Shown here: positions 16,336 to 25,180 of the stretch, piece by piece
How positions within the stretch are numbered: position 1 is the stretch's first letter
Layout of the letters: the number at the start of each line of letters is the position of its first letter
Origin: a virus
Length of the DNA: 64,000 bases
Virus record (IMG/VR): IMGVR_UViG_3300035670_000049
Coordinates: 56,337 to 120,336 of that record
Strand: one strand, 5' to 3'
Notes under the pieces: model-generated
Told to the model about the DNA's origin: nothing
Database searches by the model: none
The model's input: the letters and a program-made list of their open reading frames with translations, nothing else
Position numbers and translations under genes: made by a program

Positions 16336-16944
16336 TTAATCCACCATTTCCTTAAATTCTAAATTACCCCATTGACTAGCCATTGCTTCCGCAATTCCCT
16401 TGTACGTTCGTGAACGTTCCTTCCATCGATCAGGACTAGGTGAAGCAAAATGTACACGGGGAGTACGACCATTAACAACATTTGTTGGCTGTAACAGGGG
16501 GAGATTCTTAAGCCACAATCCTGTACCTTTAACTTCCCCATGCCCAAATTGCCAAGGTTGAATAATTTGAGTTGCTTTACTACCAATAATCTCAGTGGCG
16601 TACCTATGCATGATAGGATTTTCTACCGCGATATGCGGAATATTCGCATGGAGTAAATTAGAAAAAAATCTAGCAGCAATCTCCATATGATGCCAACGTT
16701 CAGCATCAGGTACCTTTCCCTTGCCCCCGTACAGCCACCGTACACCGCTGTTTGCAAGGTAGGTGCATGGAGGATGGGCAACCATCAGGTCCCACCCATC
16801 ATTAATAATGTCTAGGATATTTCCTACGTAGTGAGGACCGGGAACCTCTGTCTCTAGTAAATCGCACGATAAAGCATCATGTCCTTGTCTAATGAAAGCA
16901 TCCCTTACTGTACCTGAAAATTCACATGCAACCAGTACTCTCAT
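16336..16944 (-). CDS. Compact C5-cytosine DNA methyltransferase-like protein
   Basis: VLVACEFSG (variant motif I), HPPC (motif IV), ENP (motif VI). Confidence 0.8.
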   Translation of the reverse strand: MRVLVACEFSGTVRDAFIRQGHDALSCDLLETEVPGPHYVGNILDIINDGWDLMVAHPPCTYLANSGVRWLYGGKGKVPDAERWHHMEIAARFFSNLLHANIPHIAVENPIMHRYATEIIGSKATQIIQPWQFGHGEVKGTGLWLKNLPLLQPTNVVNGRTPRVHFASPSPDRWKERSRTYKGIAEAMASQWGNLEFKEMVD

Positions 16945-17141
16945 ATCTTCCTTATCTCAAAGCCCCCATCCTTTAAAGCATCCATAATATCTGACGCCTC
17001 AAATAAATGTACCTTAACCATACATCCCGGCATGTTACAATAGGCGTGTAATACCTCTGCTATAATTTGTTGCACAGTCTTTTCGATATGTGTCGGTGGT
17101 TCAACCACCTTCCTAGGTCTGCCTCTCATCCTAATCTCCAC
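16941..17141 (-). CDS. Hypothetical protein (likely start 17129)
   Basis: GGAG RBS; MRGRPRK N-terminus. Confidence 0.55.
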   Translation of the reverse strand: MEIRMRGRPRKVVEPPTHIEKTVQQIIAEVLHAYCNMPGCMVKVHLFEASDIMDALKDGGFEIRKI

Positions 17142-17211
17142 CGTCAGGTATAAGTTTGTATAAAGTAAGAAATACTAAGGTAAGTAGAATTAGCAGTAAT
17201 ACTTCCACCAT
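17131..17211 (-). CDS. 26-aa single-TM peptide (absent from ORF track)
   Basis: MVEVLLLILLTLVFLTLYKLIPDGGD; TGATG overlap with upstream stop. Confidence 0.55.
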   Translation of the reverse strand: MVEVLLLILLTLVFLTLYKLIPDGGD

Positions 17212-17684
17212 CAAATCCTTTCCATAATCTGTTGATACTTATCTATCTCGTCATCGTTAAGGATATAGGGATATGGCCTACCAATCTGCTTTGCAGCCAT
17301 TTTAAATATCCTGCTATCACTGTACTCAAACCCTAGAAACTTAGCAATTTTTGCGTAAGCAGATTCTAGTCTCCTAGAAATGGTACGCTGATCTACGTAG
17401 TACCCTTCATACTCTTGGATCATCTTCGATATATCTCTTCGGGATAATCTTCCATCCATCATAACGTATGAGAGCATCTGTACTTCTTGCTTGGACAATT
17501 CTTTTCTAGCATAAAGAATAGATATTGCTCGTTCAATATCCATCTTGGCCGTTAAGTCTACGTTGATCATAGGGTCTGGATCATAGTCTCGTATGTAGTT
17601 TAAGCGGCCTCCCTTGTAGGCACTGTAATTACTAATCCCTTCTACAATCAGGCGTGTTAAATGGGCTGACTTTTTCCTCGGCAT
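17211..17684 (-). CDS. Sigma-70 region-4-like HTH transcription factor
   Basis: DIERAI..L...LSKQE..L....G.LSRRDISK...TISRRLESAYAKIAKFLG. Confidence 0.65.
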   Translation of the reverse strand: MPRKKSAHLTRLIVEGISNYSAYKGGRLNYIRDYDPDPMINVDLTAKMDIERAISILYARKELSKQEVQMLSYVMMDGRLSRRDISKMIQEYEGYYVDQRTISRRLESAYAKIAKFLGFEYSDSRIFKMAAKQIGRPYPYILNDDEIDKYQQIMERI

Positions 17685-17720
17685 ATAACTCTAACTCCTT
17701 TTATTTTAGGGGCCAGAGTT

Positions 17721-17750
17721 ATTATATAGTTAATGACCTTACTGTGTCAA
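17721..17750 (-). promoter_or_regulatory. Sigma70-type promoter for the sigma-like gene
   Basis: TTGACA-18 bp-TATAAT. Confidence 0.8.
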
Positions 17751-18263
17751 GTTTTCAACCAAAGAATCTACAGCCTTCCTTGTTCCCTGTCTTGTATCGT
17801 TATAAATAGAGTAGTCCACCTTATAGGCAGTTAAATCGGCACCAAAATACTCATTAATAAGTACCGTCCCCACCCCTGAGCCAGCCAATGCTTTAGAAAT
17901 ATGTCTTTGCTTAGAGTCTGGAGTATCAATTCGAACAATGACAAAGCCTAGTTGCTGTAAGTATTTTACCTCAGTAATATACCGGGCATCCTCTACAATA
18001 ATATTCGGCTTGATGTTCTCAGTTGCAAGGCGCTTCTCTAGGAAGTGTACCCACGTCTGATTATCTATCTCGTAAAGAGCATCGTAAATCTTCCTGCGTT
18101 TCTCCCAAGGCACACGGCTAAACTTCTCACGGTAATACAATGCACGGTAAAGACGTGTAACCCCATCAGATAGGGGCATCCTCTTGAATTTATATTTATC
18201 TCGTAGGTACACCGCAACCATTCTTTTTGAGGTAGCATTCTTACCTACTAAAGCTATCTTCAT
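17739..18263 (-). CDS. dNMP-kinase-like protein with degenerate P-loop
   Basis: IALVGKNATSKR in place of GxxxxGKT; IIVEDARY..E motif retained. Confidence 0.7.
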   Translation of the reverse strand: MKIALVGKNATSKRMVAVYLRDKYKFKRMPLSDGVTRLYRALYYREKFSRVPWEKRRKIYDALYEIDNQTWVHFLEKRLATENIKPNIIVEDARYITEVKYLQQLGFVIVRIDTPDSKQRHISKALAGSGVGTVLINEYFGADLTAYKVDYSIYNDTRQGTRKAVDSLVENLTQ

Positions 18264-18829
18264 AGGTTAGATAACCCCTCCATCAAACTATCAAGCGCAA
18301 TTAAATCTGAGTAGTCGGTCGATCTGATCATGCTGTGTGACCGTATCTGTCCCCATGTTGTCTCGGTAGGATGGCTCTGACGGGCGGTAGGCACGTTCGG
18401 ATAGAGGGTTTCCACCCGCTGCGCTCTCACGTCCTCGTCACAATAAACCTGAATAAGTAAAAAGCCATTGCTTGAAAGTAATTCAGCCTCTCTTGGTAGT
18501 CTTAGATCATCAATGACTACCCTTCGGAAAGGATACTGCTTTTTAATTGTTGCCAATGTATACTTAGTGAATACATCGTCATCAAATGAACGGAGTTTGT
18601 CCCCTAATTCTTGGACGATCCTACGGTTATCTCCGTCCTTACCTGTGACTCCGTATAACTCGTATGCGATAGCCTTTAACTTATCGGCTAGCGATACCTT
18701 TACAAATCCATAATTCATTATCAGGTAGTCAGCGCACTTGGTTTTACCGGAACACATAGGACCGAAGAAAGCAATGCGCTCACCCGCAGGAACCCTATCG
18801 AGAGTTGTTATCTTCCACACGCCATTCAT
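18260..18829 (-). CDS. Deoxynucleoside monophosphate kinase (start 18829 or 18820)
   Basis: IAFFGPMCSGKT P-loop, SLADKLK, VVIDDLR..E. Confidence 0.82.
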   Translation of the reverse strand: MNGVWKITTLDRVPAGERIAFFGPMCSGKTKCADYLIMNYGFVKVSLADKLKAIAYELYGVTGKDGDNRRIVQELGDKLRSFDDDVFTKYTLATIKKQYPFRRVVIDDLRLPREAELLSSNGFLLIQVYCDEDVRAQRVETLYPNVPTARQSHPTETTWGQIRSHSMIRSTDYSDLIALDSLMEGLSNL

Positions 18830-19043
18830 CCTTAATTGGTTTTTGGAGGCACTTCTCGTCCCACTCTTCTTGGATCGCATCTTGTAGCCTTTTTTCTGCG
18901 GTTTCAAACCAACGGGCAACTTCTTCAAATCCATAGTACCTTGCTTGTCTAATTGCTACAGGTAGATATTCAAGGGAAGAAACTCCTAACTGTGTACCAA
19001 GGTCTGGAATACAGTCACCAAAATTCTCATATATCTTATTCAT
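18795..19043 (-). CDS. Hypothetical protein
   Basis: ORF between deaminase and kinase. Confidence 0.5.
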   Translation of the reverse strand: MNKIYENFGDCIPDLGTQLGVSSLEYLPVAIRQARYYGFEEVARWFETAEKRLQDAIQEEWDEKCLQKPIKDEWRVEDNNSR

Positions 19044-19545
19044 AGTGCGGTCCCAATTCGCCTTCTCTGTACTCTATGATATCGTATATACTAATGGGCT
19101 CTATCTGCCCCTCATCATTCTTCATGTATACGTATGTATACCCTGCATATTTAATCATGCGGGCACACACTAGGCACGGATAAACATTACGTCCTACTAG
19201 TTCTTGATCGTCCTTGTATCCTGCAAGAATAAAAGCAACGCCCTTCTTGGGAGCATCTATTAATGCTGCTTGTTCAGCATGTACTTCAGCACCTAACTCT
19301 GTACGAGAGCCATGTACTACTCCATAACGCTCTCGTATACAGGCACCTTCACAAGCCTTTGTAACCCTTGCATTGGTTGCAGATACTAACGTAGGAAAAT
19401 CATCGTAAGCAATGACAGCACCATACTGTCTACGCACACAAGGAGACTCATTCGCTGCCTTCTGTGCAATCTTGTAATAAGGTTCTATTCTATTAATCGG
19501 AATCGGCCCCCTTAGAATGTTGTCCGCTGCGCTTCTTGCGCTCAT
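19036..19545 (-). CDS. dCMP deaminase
   Basis: SPCVRRQYGAVI, HAEQAA, PCLVCARMI. Confidence 0.88.
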   Translation of the reverse strand: MSARSAADNILRGPIPINRIEPYYKIAQKAANESPCVRRQYGAVIAYDDFPTLVSATNARVTKACEGACIRERYGVVHGSRTELGAEVHAEQAALIDAPKKGVAFILAGYKDDQELVGRNVYPCLVCARMIKYAGYTYVYMKNDEGQIEPISIYDIIEYREGELGPHYE

Positions 19546-20296
19546 TTACAATCCTCTCTTCTAAGTCCCTATCGTCGCACACTGCTCCCGCATAGTCACA
19601 CCAATTACAAACTTGTTCATGATAGATACGGTACCGGATATCTTTTTTATCCATATAAAGGACGTTGCTGATCATCCTTTTTAATTCATCAATATCCTGC
19701 TGCGTTCTCTCAGTCTCAAGTAATTTGCCTGAACGTAGTTGGTGCCAGATTAACTTGCGCGGTAACTCTCCATATATTTCTTGACAAGCCCACGCATATG
19801 CGGTAAGTTGTAAGTTGTGTCGTAGAAACCAAGGATCAGGTTCCTTTGAACCTGACTTGTAATCAATAATATCGTAGCCGAGTGCAGGATCAAACTCTAC
19901 CTTGTCTATCCTTCCGACAACGGCTAAACTTTCGAACGGTATTTTAAACTCAACCTCATGCGCCAAGGGATTAGGAGCAATTGTTCCCCGTTCTACTCCC
20001 TCTGCATACAGACCTAGCATCTTAAGCCCGTCTGCTTCCATCTTTTTCTTTTTTGGATAGCCTATAAAAATCTCTTCCTCATCTATCAGACGTTTAAACT
20101 CAGCCACAAAGATATTTGTAGCCTTACTAGAGTTAAACTGCCCTGACTCATAGGATAATTCCAATGCAAGGTGAAGAGCATTTCCTAGTGCTAGATACTC
20201 ATTAATGGGTGCCCGTATGGCTGCCTCGTATCGTAGGAAGGCCGCATATGGACAGGCCATTAAGTGTAAGAATGAATAACTAATGTGCTTTAACAT
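19493..20296 (-). CDS. PD-(D/E)xK nuclease, Cas4/AddB/RecB-like
   Basis: SYS...CPY, GRIDKV..IIDYKSG, QL..Y, CNWCDY...C (four Cys, possible Fe-S). Confidence 0.88.
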   Translation of the reverse strand: MLKHISYSFLHLMACPYAAFLRYEAAIRAPINEYLALGNALHLALELSYESGQFNSSKATNIFVAEFKRLIDEEEIFIGYPKKKKMEADGLKMLGLYAEGVERGTIAPNPLAHEVEFKIPFESLAVVGRIDKVEFDPALGYDIIDYKSGSKEPDPWFLRHNLQLTAYAWACQEIYGELPRKLIWHQLRSGKLLETERTQQDIDELKRMISNVLYMDKKDIRYRIYHEQVCNWCDYAGAVCDDRDLEERIVNERKKRSGQHSKGADSD

Positions 20297-20305
20297 ACAC
20301 GCCTC

Positions 20306-20569
20306 TTAACTTTTAAATCGTCTATAAACCTCCGCGTCAGCCTTGGCAATAATTAATGCGCCAAGAAGATCAAGAGTTGCTTTAATCATATCATCGAAGG
20401 CACGTTGCCCGTCTTCGTAAAAGGAATTCTTTTGGATTAGACGACTCGTACCTCTGTGAATGAATTCTTCAAGGTCTAATACATTTCGGATAGAATTATC
20501 TAGGGCATCTTTAAAATCATCATGCAATTTCATACTCCATATCGAGCCACCCATCCTGAGTCTTTTCAA
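20306..20569 (-). CDS. Hypothetical protein
   Basis: ORF in operon; start uncertain. Confidence 0.5.
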   Translation of the reverse strand: MKRLRMGGSIWSMKLHDDFKDALDNSIRNVLDLEEFIHRGTSRLIQKNSFYEDGQRAFDDMIKATLDLLGALIIAKADAEVYRRFKS

Positions 20570-20831
20570 TGGGCCTGATGCTGGAAATAAGGGCAGACCT
20601 TCCGTTGATAATCAACGCCGCATAGGTCAACGGAGAAATATTAGAGGACTCAGAGGATTCCCAACGAGTTTTAATATGAGACTTGGTTTTCTTTAGAGTG
20701 ACAAGTTTCCCTGTCTTTACTTGCTCCCCATCATTGAGTAAAATAAGGTAGGAGTTTTCTGCATTCTTACTAAGACGATTGTAAGTAATATCAGAAAGAG
20801 ATGCCACGCTTCTTCCTCCGCTTCGGTGCAT
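20520..20831 (-). CDS. Hypothetical protein
   Basis: ORF in operon; start uncertain. Confidence 0.5.
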   Translation of the reverse strand: MHRSGGRSVASLSDITYNRLSKNAENSYLILLNDGEQVKTGKLVTLKKTKSHIKTRWESSESSNISPLTYAALIINGRSALISSIRPIEKTQDGWLDMEYEIA

Positions 20832-21009
20832 TCGTATGCTGAATCTCAGTTGCTTTCGATGTAGTTACTCTCTCTACAACAACAAACTTCCTGCTCTTTC
20901 TCCGTATCTGGAATGTCTTGTCAGGAAATCCCGCACAAAGACTTTCCTTAACTTCGTGAGCCTCTTCAAATGTGTCCGCTGTTGCAACAGGAATTCTTTT
21001 TTGCATCAT
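20791..21009 (-). CDS. Small basic protein
   Basis: ORF in operon. Confidence 0.55.
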   Translation of the reverse strand: MMQKRIPVATADTFEEAHEVKESLCAGFPDKTFQIRRKSRKFVVVERVTTSKATEIQHTNAPKRRKKRGISF

Positions 21010-21192
21010 CTACCCTTTAGGTTTAAACGTACTTTTCTTCTGTGTAACAATGCGCTTACTAAGTAATAGTCTTTTCTCACTTTGTTCCGCTGGCCCCCTT
21101 ACACCCTGTCTGCCTAACTGGCCGACCCGGTTCATTAGTTTAAATTGACGCTTATAAATTTTCTCTCCCAATTTATTCTGATCTAGTGGCAA
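21010..21192 (-). CDS. Small basic protein
   Basis: ORF in operon. Confidence 0.5.
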   Translation of the reverse strand: MPLDQNKLGEKIYKRQFKLMNRVGQLGRQGVRGPAEQSEKRLLLSKRIVTQKKSTFKPKG

Positions 21193-21203
21193 CGTTTACT
21201 CAC

Positions 21204-21461
21204 CTACTTTGTACTACGAACAATCTCTTTTTCAATCTTCCGATACAGGCGACTCTTAGCACGAACCACTGCTAGATCAAACCCTGTCTGCCAGTTATAC
21301 TCATCGTCTAGGTTATGCAGCGCATGTCCCTTGGCTAAAAGACCTGTCACAGAGTCATATGCATACGCTGTGGTTAGTCCACCATTAAAATATACGGTAG
21401 TAGTAATCTCGTCCTCGTCTACCGACATACTAGTTATAGCCATGAGTTGAATCTCCTTCAA
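21204..21461 (-). CDS. Hypothetical phage protein
   Basis: A.GHA....DEYNWQTGFDLAVVRA pattern. Confidence 0.55.
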   Translation of the reverse strand: MKEIQLMAITSMSVDEDEITTTVYFNGGLTTAYAYDSVTGLLAKGHALHNLDDEYNWQTGFDLAVVRAKSRLYRKIEKEIVRSTK

Positions 21462-21747
21462 ATGATTGCTTACCTTCGTCAGTTAAACTAAACGTTGGCT
21501 CATTATCCCCAGTGAGATTGATGTTGGTCAAACCCTTAAGGGTTAACTCTAACAATGAGTACCCGATTCGCTGCTCTTGCGCCCACTTTATTACTTGCGC
21601 GGCTTCTTCCTCTGTGAACCCCTCTTCTCCCCTTGAAATAGCAAGGCTCATGATCAGAATTTCACACTCTTCCCTAGATAGAATAGCAAACTCATTACTA
21701 TCCTTCTCATCTAAGAGGGTAGCACTGATTTTAGAAAATAGGTCCAC
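21430..21747 (-). CDS. Hypothetical protein
   Basis: GGAGAGG RBS; ORF in operon. Confidence 0.55.
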   Translation of the reverse strand: MDLFSKISATLLDEKDSNEFAILSREECEILIMSLAISRGEEGFTEEEAAQVIKWAQEQRIGYSLLELTLKGLTNINLTGDNEPTFSLTDEGKQSFEGDSTHGYN

Positions 21748-21749
21748 GA

Positions 21750-22046
21750 TTACCTCTCCAACTTCTGTTCGATAGCCAACGCTGTTATCTTGCGGCTCTC
21801 ATATGTAGCAACGTCTTTGATTACCTCGATAAAAGGGTCCACGATAGTAGTCCGAAACTTCTTCGTTTCCGCAGTGGAGGTTCCCTTTAACTCCAAGTAT
21901 GCTAACTGTCTTCGAATCTCCTGCACTCTTAAAAGGATGGCTGTTGCTCGTTGCATACTTTCGTATAGATGCTCCGAGTAATCTTGATACACATCCAACT
22001 GCTTTTGGTAGCCCTCTATTTCTTCATAAAGTTTATCTAAATCCAA
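21750..22046 (-). CDS. Coiled-coil hypothetical protein
   Basis: AGGAAGG RBS; helical composition. Confidence 0.6.
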   Translation of the reverse strand: MDLDKLYEEIEGYQKQLDVYQDYSEHLYESMQRATAILLRVQEIRRQLAYLELKGTSTAETKKFRTTIVDPFIEVIKDVATYESRKITALAIEQKLER

Positions 22047-22231
22047 GGGCCTTCCTCCTTTTCAATCTCCTTGTCAATCTTTTCTAAGAATTTCTCGGAG
22101 TATGGCGTAGAGCCGGGTTGCTGCTGTCTAATCCAGACAAGCACATCATAAATATCTGCGTCTTTTTTCACCTTGTTCATCGGTATTGCCCAGCGCATGA
22201 ATTCATGCCAAAAATCGTCGCAAATCTTCAT
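22037..22231 (-). CDS. Hypothetical protein
   Basis: GAGGGG RBS. Confidence 0.6.
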   Translation of the reverse strand: MKICDDFWHEFMRWAIPMNKVKKDADIYDVLVWIRQQQPGSTPYSEKFLEKIDKEIEKEEGPWI

Positions 22232-22374
22232 ATCCCCTCGCTAATCGAAATAGGTTCCCCCTGCCTTGTCTATTTCTACGGGAAACTGGGTACCTTGTCG
22301 CAGCACCTTTCTGTTGTGCCTTGTCCCATACCAATAGGGCTCCTAATTAGAATACCAAACCCACCCCGAGAGGG

Positions 22375-23025
22375 TCAAGGTAACTTGTCCAATTCGGTAT
22401 AGGTAAAGACATTCTGGGCTTGTTGGAGTTTGGCTTCATTAGACACACCTGAGAACAAGATTTGTTCTAACTCACCTAAAGCCTTTTCTTTCTTAATCAA
22501 TTCCTCATGACGAGATTGCTTGATTATTGCCATCGTATCTAACTTTTTCTTTAACCCCTGCGATTGGTACTCATGAGGCATATTCGGGGGATCAACGTGT
22601 AAAAGTATATTTTTCTGAAAGTCTTCCCCGCGTTGATTTAGAAGAACCCAAGCCGTGATCAACCACGTTGGCATCTTGCGATTTTTGTTCTCAGTGACGT
22701 AAGTTCTACTAACAGCATCAATTCTAAGTCCAGATATATGTCCAATTCTTCCTGTGGAGGATGCAATTTTGCTAAAAGATGGATCAGGTCCATCTGCCGC
22801 AACCATACGCTTAGCAATTCCTCTTTCAGAATCCTTCGCTCGTCGTCTAAGTCTTCGTTGGTCGGCTGTAGATTGTGAGGGTTGTCTCCTAGCATTGATT
22901 GCAACCTCTTCCAGTGTACCTATTGCCGTGCATGATCTACATCTTCCCTCCCATACCATTTGCTCTGCTTTACATTTACTACATACAAATTTTCTCTTGC
23001 TATTTACCATTTTACCTGTTGCCAT
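22375..23025 (-). CDS. Hjc-like PD-(D/E)xK nuclease/resolvase with N-terminal RadA-type Zn finger
   Basis: FVCSKCKAEQMVWEGRCRSCTAIGTLEE; then SERGIAKR...IDAVSRTYVTENK (E...D...ExK). Confidence 0.68.
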   Translation of the reverse strand: MATGKMVNSKRKFVCSKCKAEQMVWEGRCRSCTAIGTLEEVAINARRQPSQSTADQRRLRRRAKDSERGIAKRMVAADGPDPSFSKIASSTGRIGHISGLRIDAVSRTYVTENKNRKMPTWLITAWVLLNQRGEDFQKNILLHVDPPNMPHEYQSQGLKKKLDTMAIIKQSRHEELIKKEKALGELEQILFSGVSNEAKLQQAQNVFTYTELDKLP

Positions 23026-23034
23026 ATTTGCCCC

Positions 23035-24339
23035 TTAATAATCTTTAAACTTTACATACTTGGGAAGCCACTTCAAGGTGGCAATTCCTTGCCGACCATT
23101 TCTGTGCTTCTTTACAATAATCTCAATTAAATCGTCATCCGGGGCAAGTCCAGACTGGCCGTAGTAACTATCCCTGTAAAGGAAAAGCACTACATCTGCT
23201 GACTGTTCAATCTCCCCCGATGAACGTAGATCAGATAACTCTGGCCTACGATTAATCTTTTTACCTTCGCTTCTATTTTCTGTTTGACGTGATAGCTGTG
23301 CTAATAGTAATACTGGACAATTAAGTTCTTTACCTAAAGACCTAATCTCCTTTGTCGCATCCCCTAGAGCATCAACTGTAGACTTATTGTTTAGTTTAAT
23401 GATGTGCAAATAGTCAACAACAATTAAACCTAAGTCTCCCCACTCATACTTCTTCTGTCTAGTCACTGACGAGATATAAGATGTAGGAATTTCACTCTTA
23501 TCATCGACGTGAATATTATTAAAGAGGGGTACGAGCCTACTCTCAGCCCTTTCGACGCTCTGCGTGGCTCCTAGACTGCCTAGGAAGGCTCCTGTGCGTA
23601 TATCTTCCAGTGATACTTCTGACTCTGCGGCTAACATCCTTTCAAATATCTGTTCTCTCGTCTGTTCAAGAGAAAAGAAAATGACTGGACGTGTTGCGGC
23701 TACATTACGTGCAACATTAATAGCGAAGGCAGTCTTACCCATGCCCGGTCTTGCAGCCAATACAATTAAGCCCTCTAATCGATGTAACATTAGATCGAGG
23801 GCTTGGAATCCAGAACGCACAGCCTTTGGATCGGCTGCCTTCTTTCCTAAATTTTGAATAAAATCTTTGAACGCTTCTCCGCTAGAGTCAGATGCATTGT
23901 CAAGTATCTTTTGCTGTAGGAACGTAGAAAATCTCTGCTCTAGTTGATGAAGTGCCTCATCAGCATCTACTTCGGGGTCATAACATAGGGCTACGATATC
24001 TCTGCCAAGATCGATTCCTGCTCGTAGCCTAGCCTTGCCCTTAATTGTTTCGGCATAGTATAGAACGTTACTCATGCCGGGTAAAAATTTATTGCTATCT
24101 TCTATGATAGTCTTAAAGTATTCTTTAACATCAGGCTTAAGTTTATCTTCTACCGCAAGGGAGTCGAGGTTATCGACACCAACCTCTTCTATTGTGGAGA
24201 AGATTTCCTTGTGCTGAACCTTAAAGAAATCATCTGCATTGATGATCTGTGAAACTCTTGGAAGCAACATCGGATCAGCCAACGTTGCAACAATAACTGC
24301 TTTTTCAAAGTCTTCATTATAAGGAATAATTACTGACAT
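23035..24339 (-). CDS. dnaB: DnaB-like replicative helicase
   Basis: AARPGMGKT, FFSLEQ, IVVDYL, LAQLSR, DLRSSGEIEQSADVV, KHRNG. Confidence 0.96.
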   Translation of the reverse strand: MSVIIPYNEDFEKAVIVATLADPMLLPRVSQIINADDFFKVQHKEIFSTIEEVGVDNLDSLAVEDKLKPDVKEYFKTIIEDSNKFLPGMSNVLYYAETIKGKARLRAGIDLGRDIVALCYDPEVDADEALHQLEQRFSTFLQQKILDNASDSSGEAFKDFIQNLGKKAADPKAVRSGFQALDLMLHRLEGLIVLAARPGMGKTAFAINVARNVAATRPVIFFSLEQTREQIFERMLAAESEVSLEDIRTGAFLGSLGATQSVERAESRLVPLFNNIHVDDKSEIPTSYISSVTRQKKYEWGDLGLIVVDYLHIIKLNNKSTVDALGDATKEIRSLGKELNCPVLLLAQLSRQTENRSEGKKINRRPELSDLRSSGEIEQSADVVLFLYRDSYYGQSGLAPDDDLIEIIVKKHRNGRQGIATLKWLPKYVKFKDY

Positions 24340-25008
24340 TTAACCTCCTAGATAGTCTAGTATCTGTGTCCCTATATAGGTTGTATAGTCTGCGGGAAAT
24401 CCTTCCTTTAGGGACTGCCAAGATACGGGCCTTGACACTCGCATAAGGGCTCTGCCATGCTCTACATTACGAGCCGTCCGACCACCAGCAGGGATAGAGT
24501 CGTTAGGTACGTGATAAATTCCCCAAGGTCTAGGCTTACCAGATACAGGATCAATAGGAAATACCTTATGATTACATACTGTGCCTTCGATGGGTACATT
24601 AGAAAGAAATAAGCGGTGACGTTGAATCTCCATACCAAATGCTGATCCACAGACCGTAACAGCACTGGGCATCAAACTCTTTGCGGCTTCAACGTTTTCA
24701 ATTACCCACGGAACATCTAGTAATTGAAATCTCTCAATCGTTGGTGTTAGTAGATCAAGAAATCTCGGTGTTCCTCCCTGAGCATCGCGTAAATGCCGAG
24801 CCCGTGTAAACAACTGGCATGGAGGGGATGCATGAACAATATCAAATCCCTCTAGAGGAAATGTACTAGCATCTGCTTGAATAAATTTGTACGGGTAATC
24901 CGGTTGTGGAAATAGGTCAACGCCTGTTACTTCTAATCCTATATTTGCATACCCTTCTGCTGCTATCCCTGCTCCACAGAAAAGATCAAGTAATTTGAGT
25001 GCGCGCAA
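24340..25008 (-). CDS. Compact C5-cytosine DNA methyltransferase
   Basis: LDLFCGAG, SPPCQ, IENV, QRHRLF. Confidence 0.88.
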   Translation of the reverse strand: MRALKLLDLFCGAGIAAEGYANIGLEVTGVDLFPQPDYPYKFIQADASTFPLEGFDIVHASPPCQLFTRARHLRDAQGGTPRFLDLLTPTIERFQLLDVPWVIENVEAAKSLMPSAVTVCGSAFGMEIQRHRLFLSNVPIEGTVCNHKVFPIDPVSGKPRPWGIYHVPNDSIPAGGRTARNVEHGRALMRVSRPVSWQSLKEGFPADYTTYIGTQILDYLGG

Positions 25009-25180
25009 AACTCACCACCATATAGGCTATAAAGATAATGGTTGCAATAAAGGCTGAATAGGGGTAAAATATGACAAACAGGGAAACAAGGATATATAAG
25101 AGTAGAAATAGGCCGATGCCTCTAAGGGCACCGAGAATTATTTTATTGAAGGCTCTTAAGTCTTGCGGCAAGTTCTTCAT
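24986..25180 (-). CDS. Small membrane protein
   Basis: Two hydrophobic segments. Confidence 0.5.
   Translation of the reverse strand: MKNLPQDLRAFNKIILGALRGIGLFLLLYILVSLFVIFYPYSAFIATIIFIAYMVVSFARTQIT

Noticed and set aside
22232-22374. Mini CRISPR array
   Set aside because: The repeats are only 7 nt with three copies; the Cas4-like gene has no cas1/cas2 neighbours.
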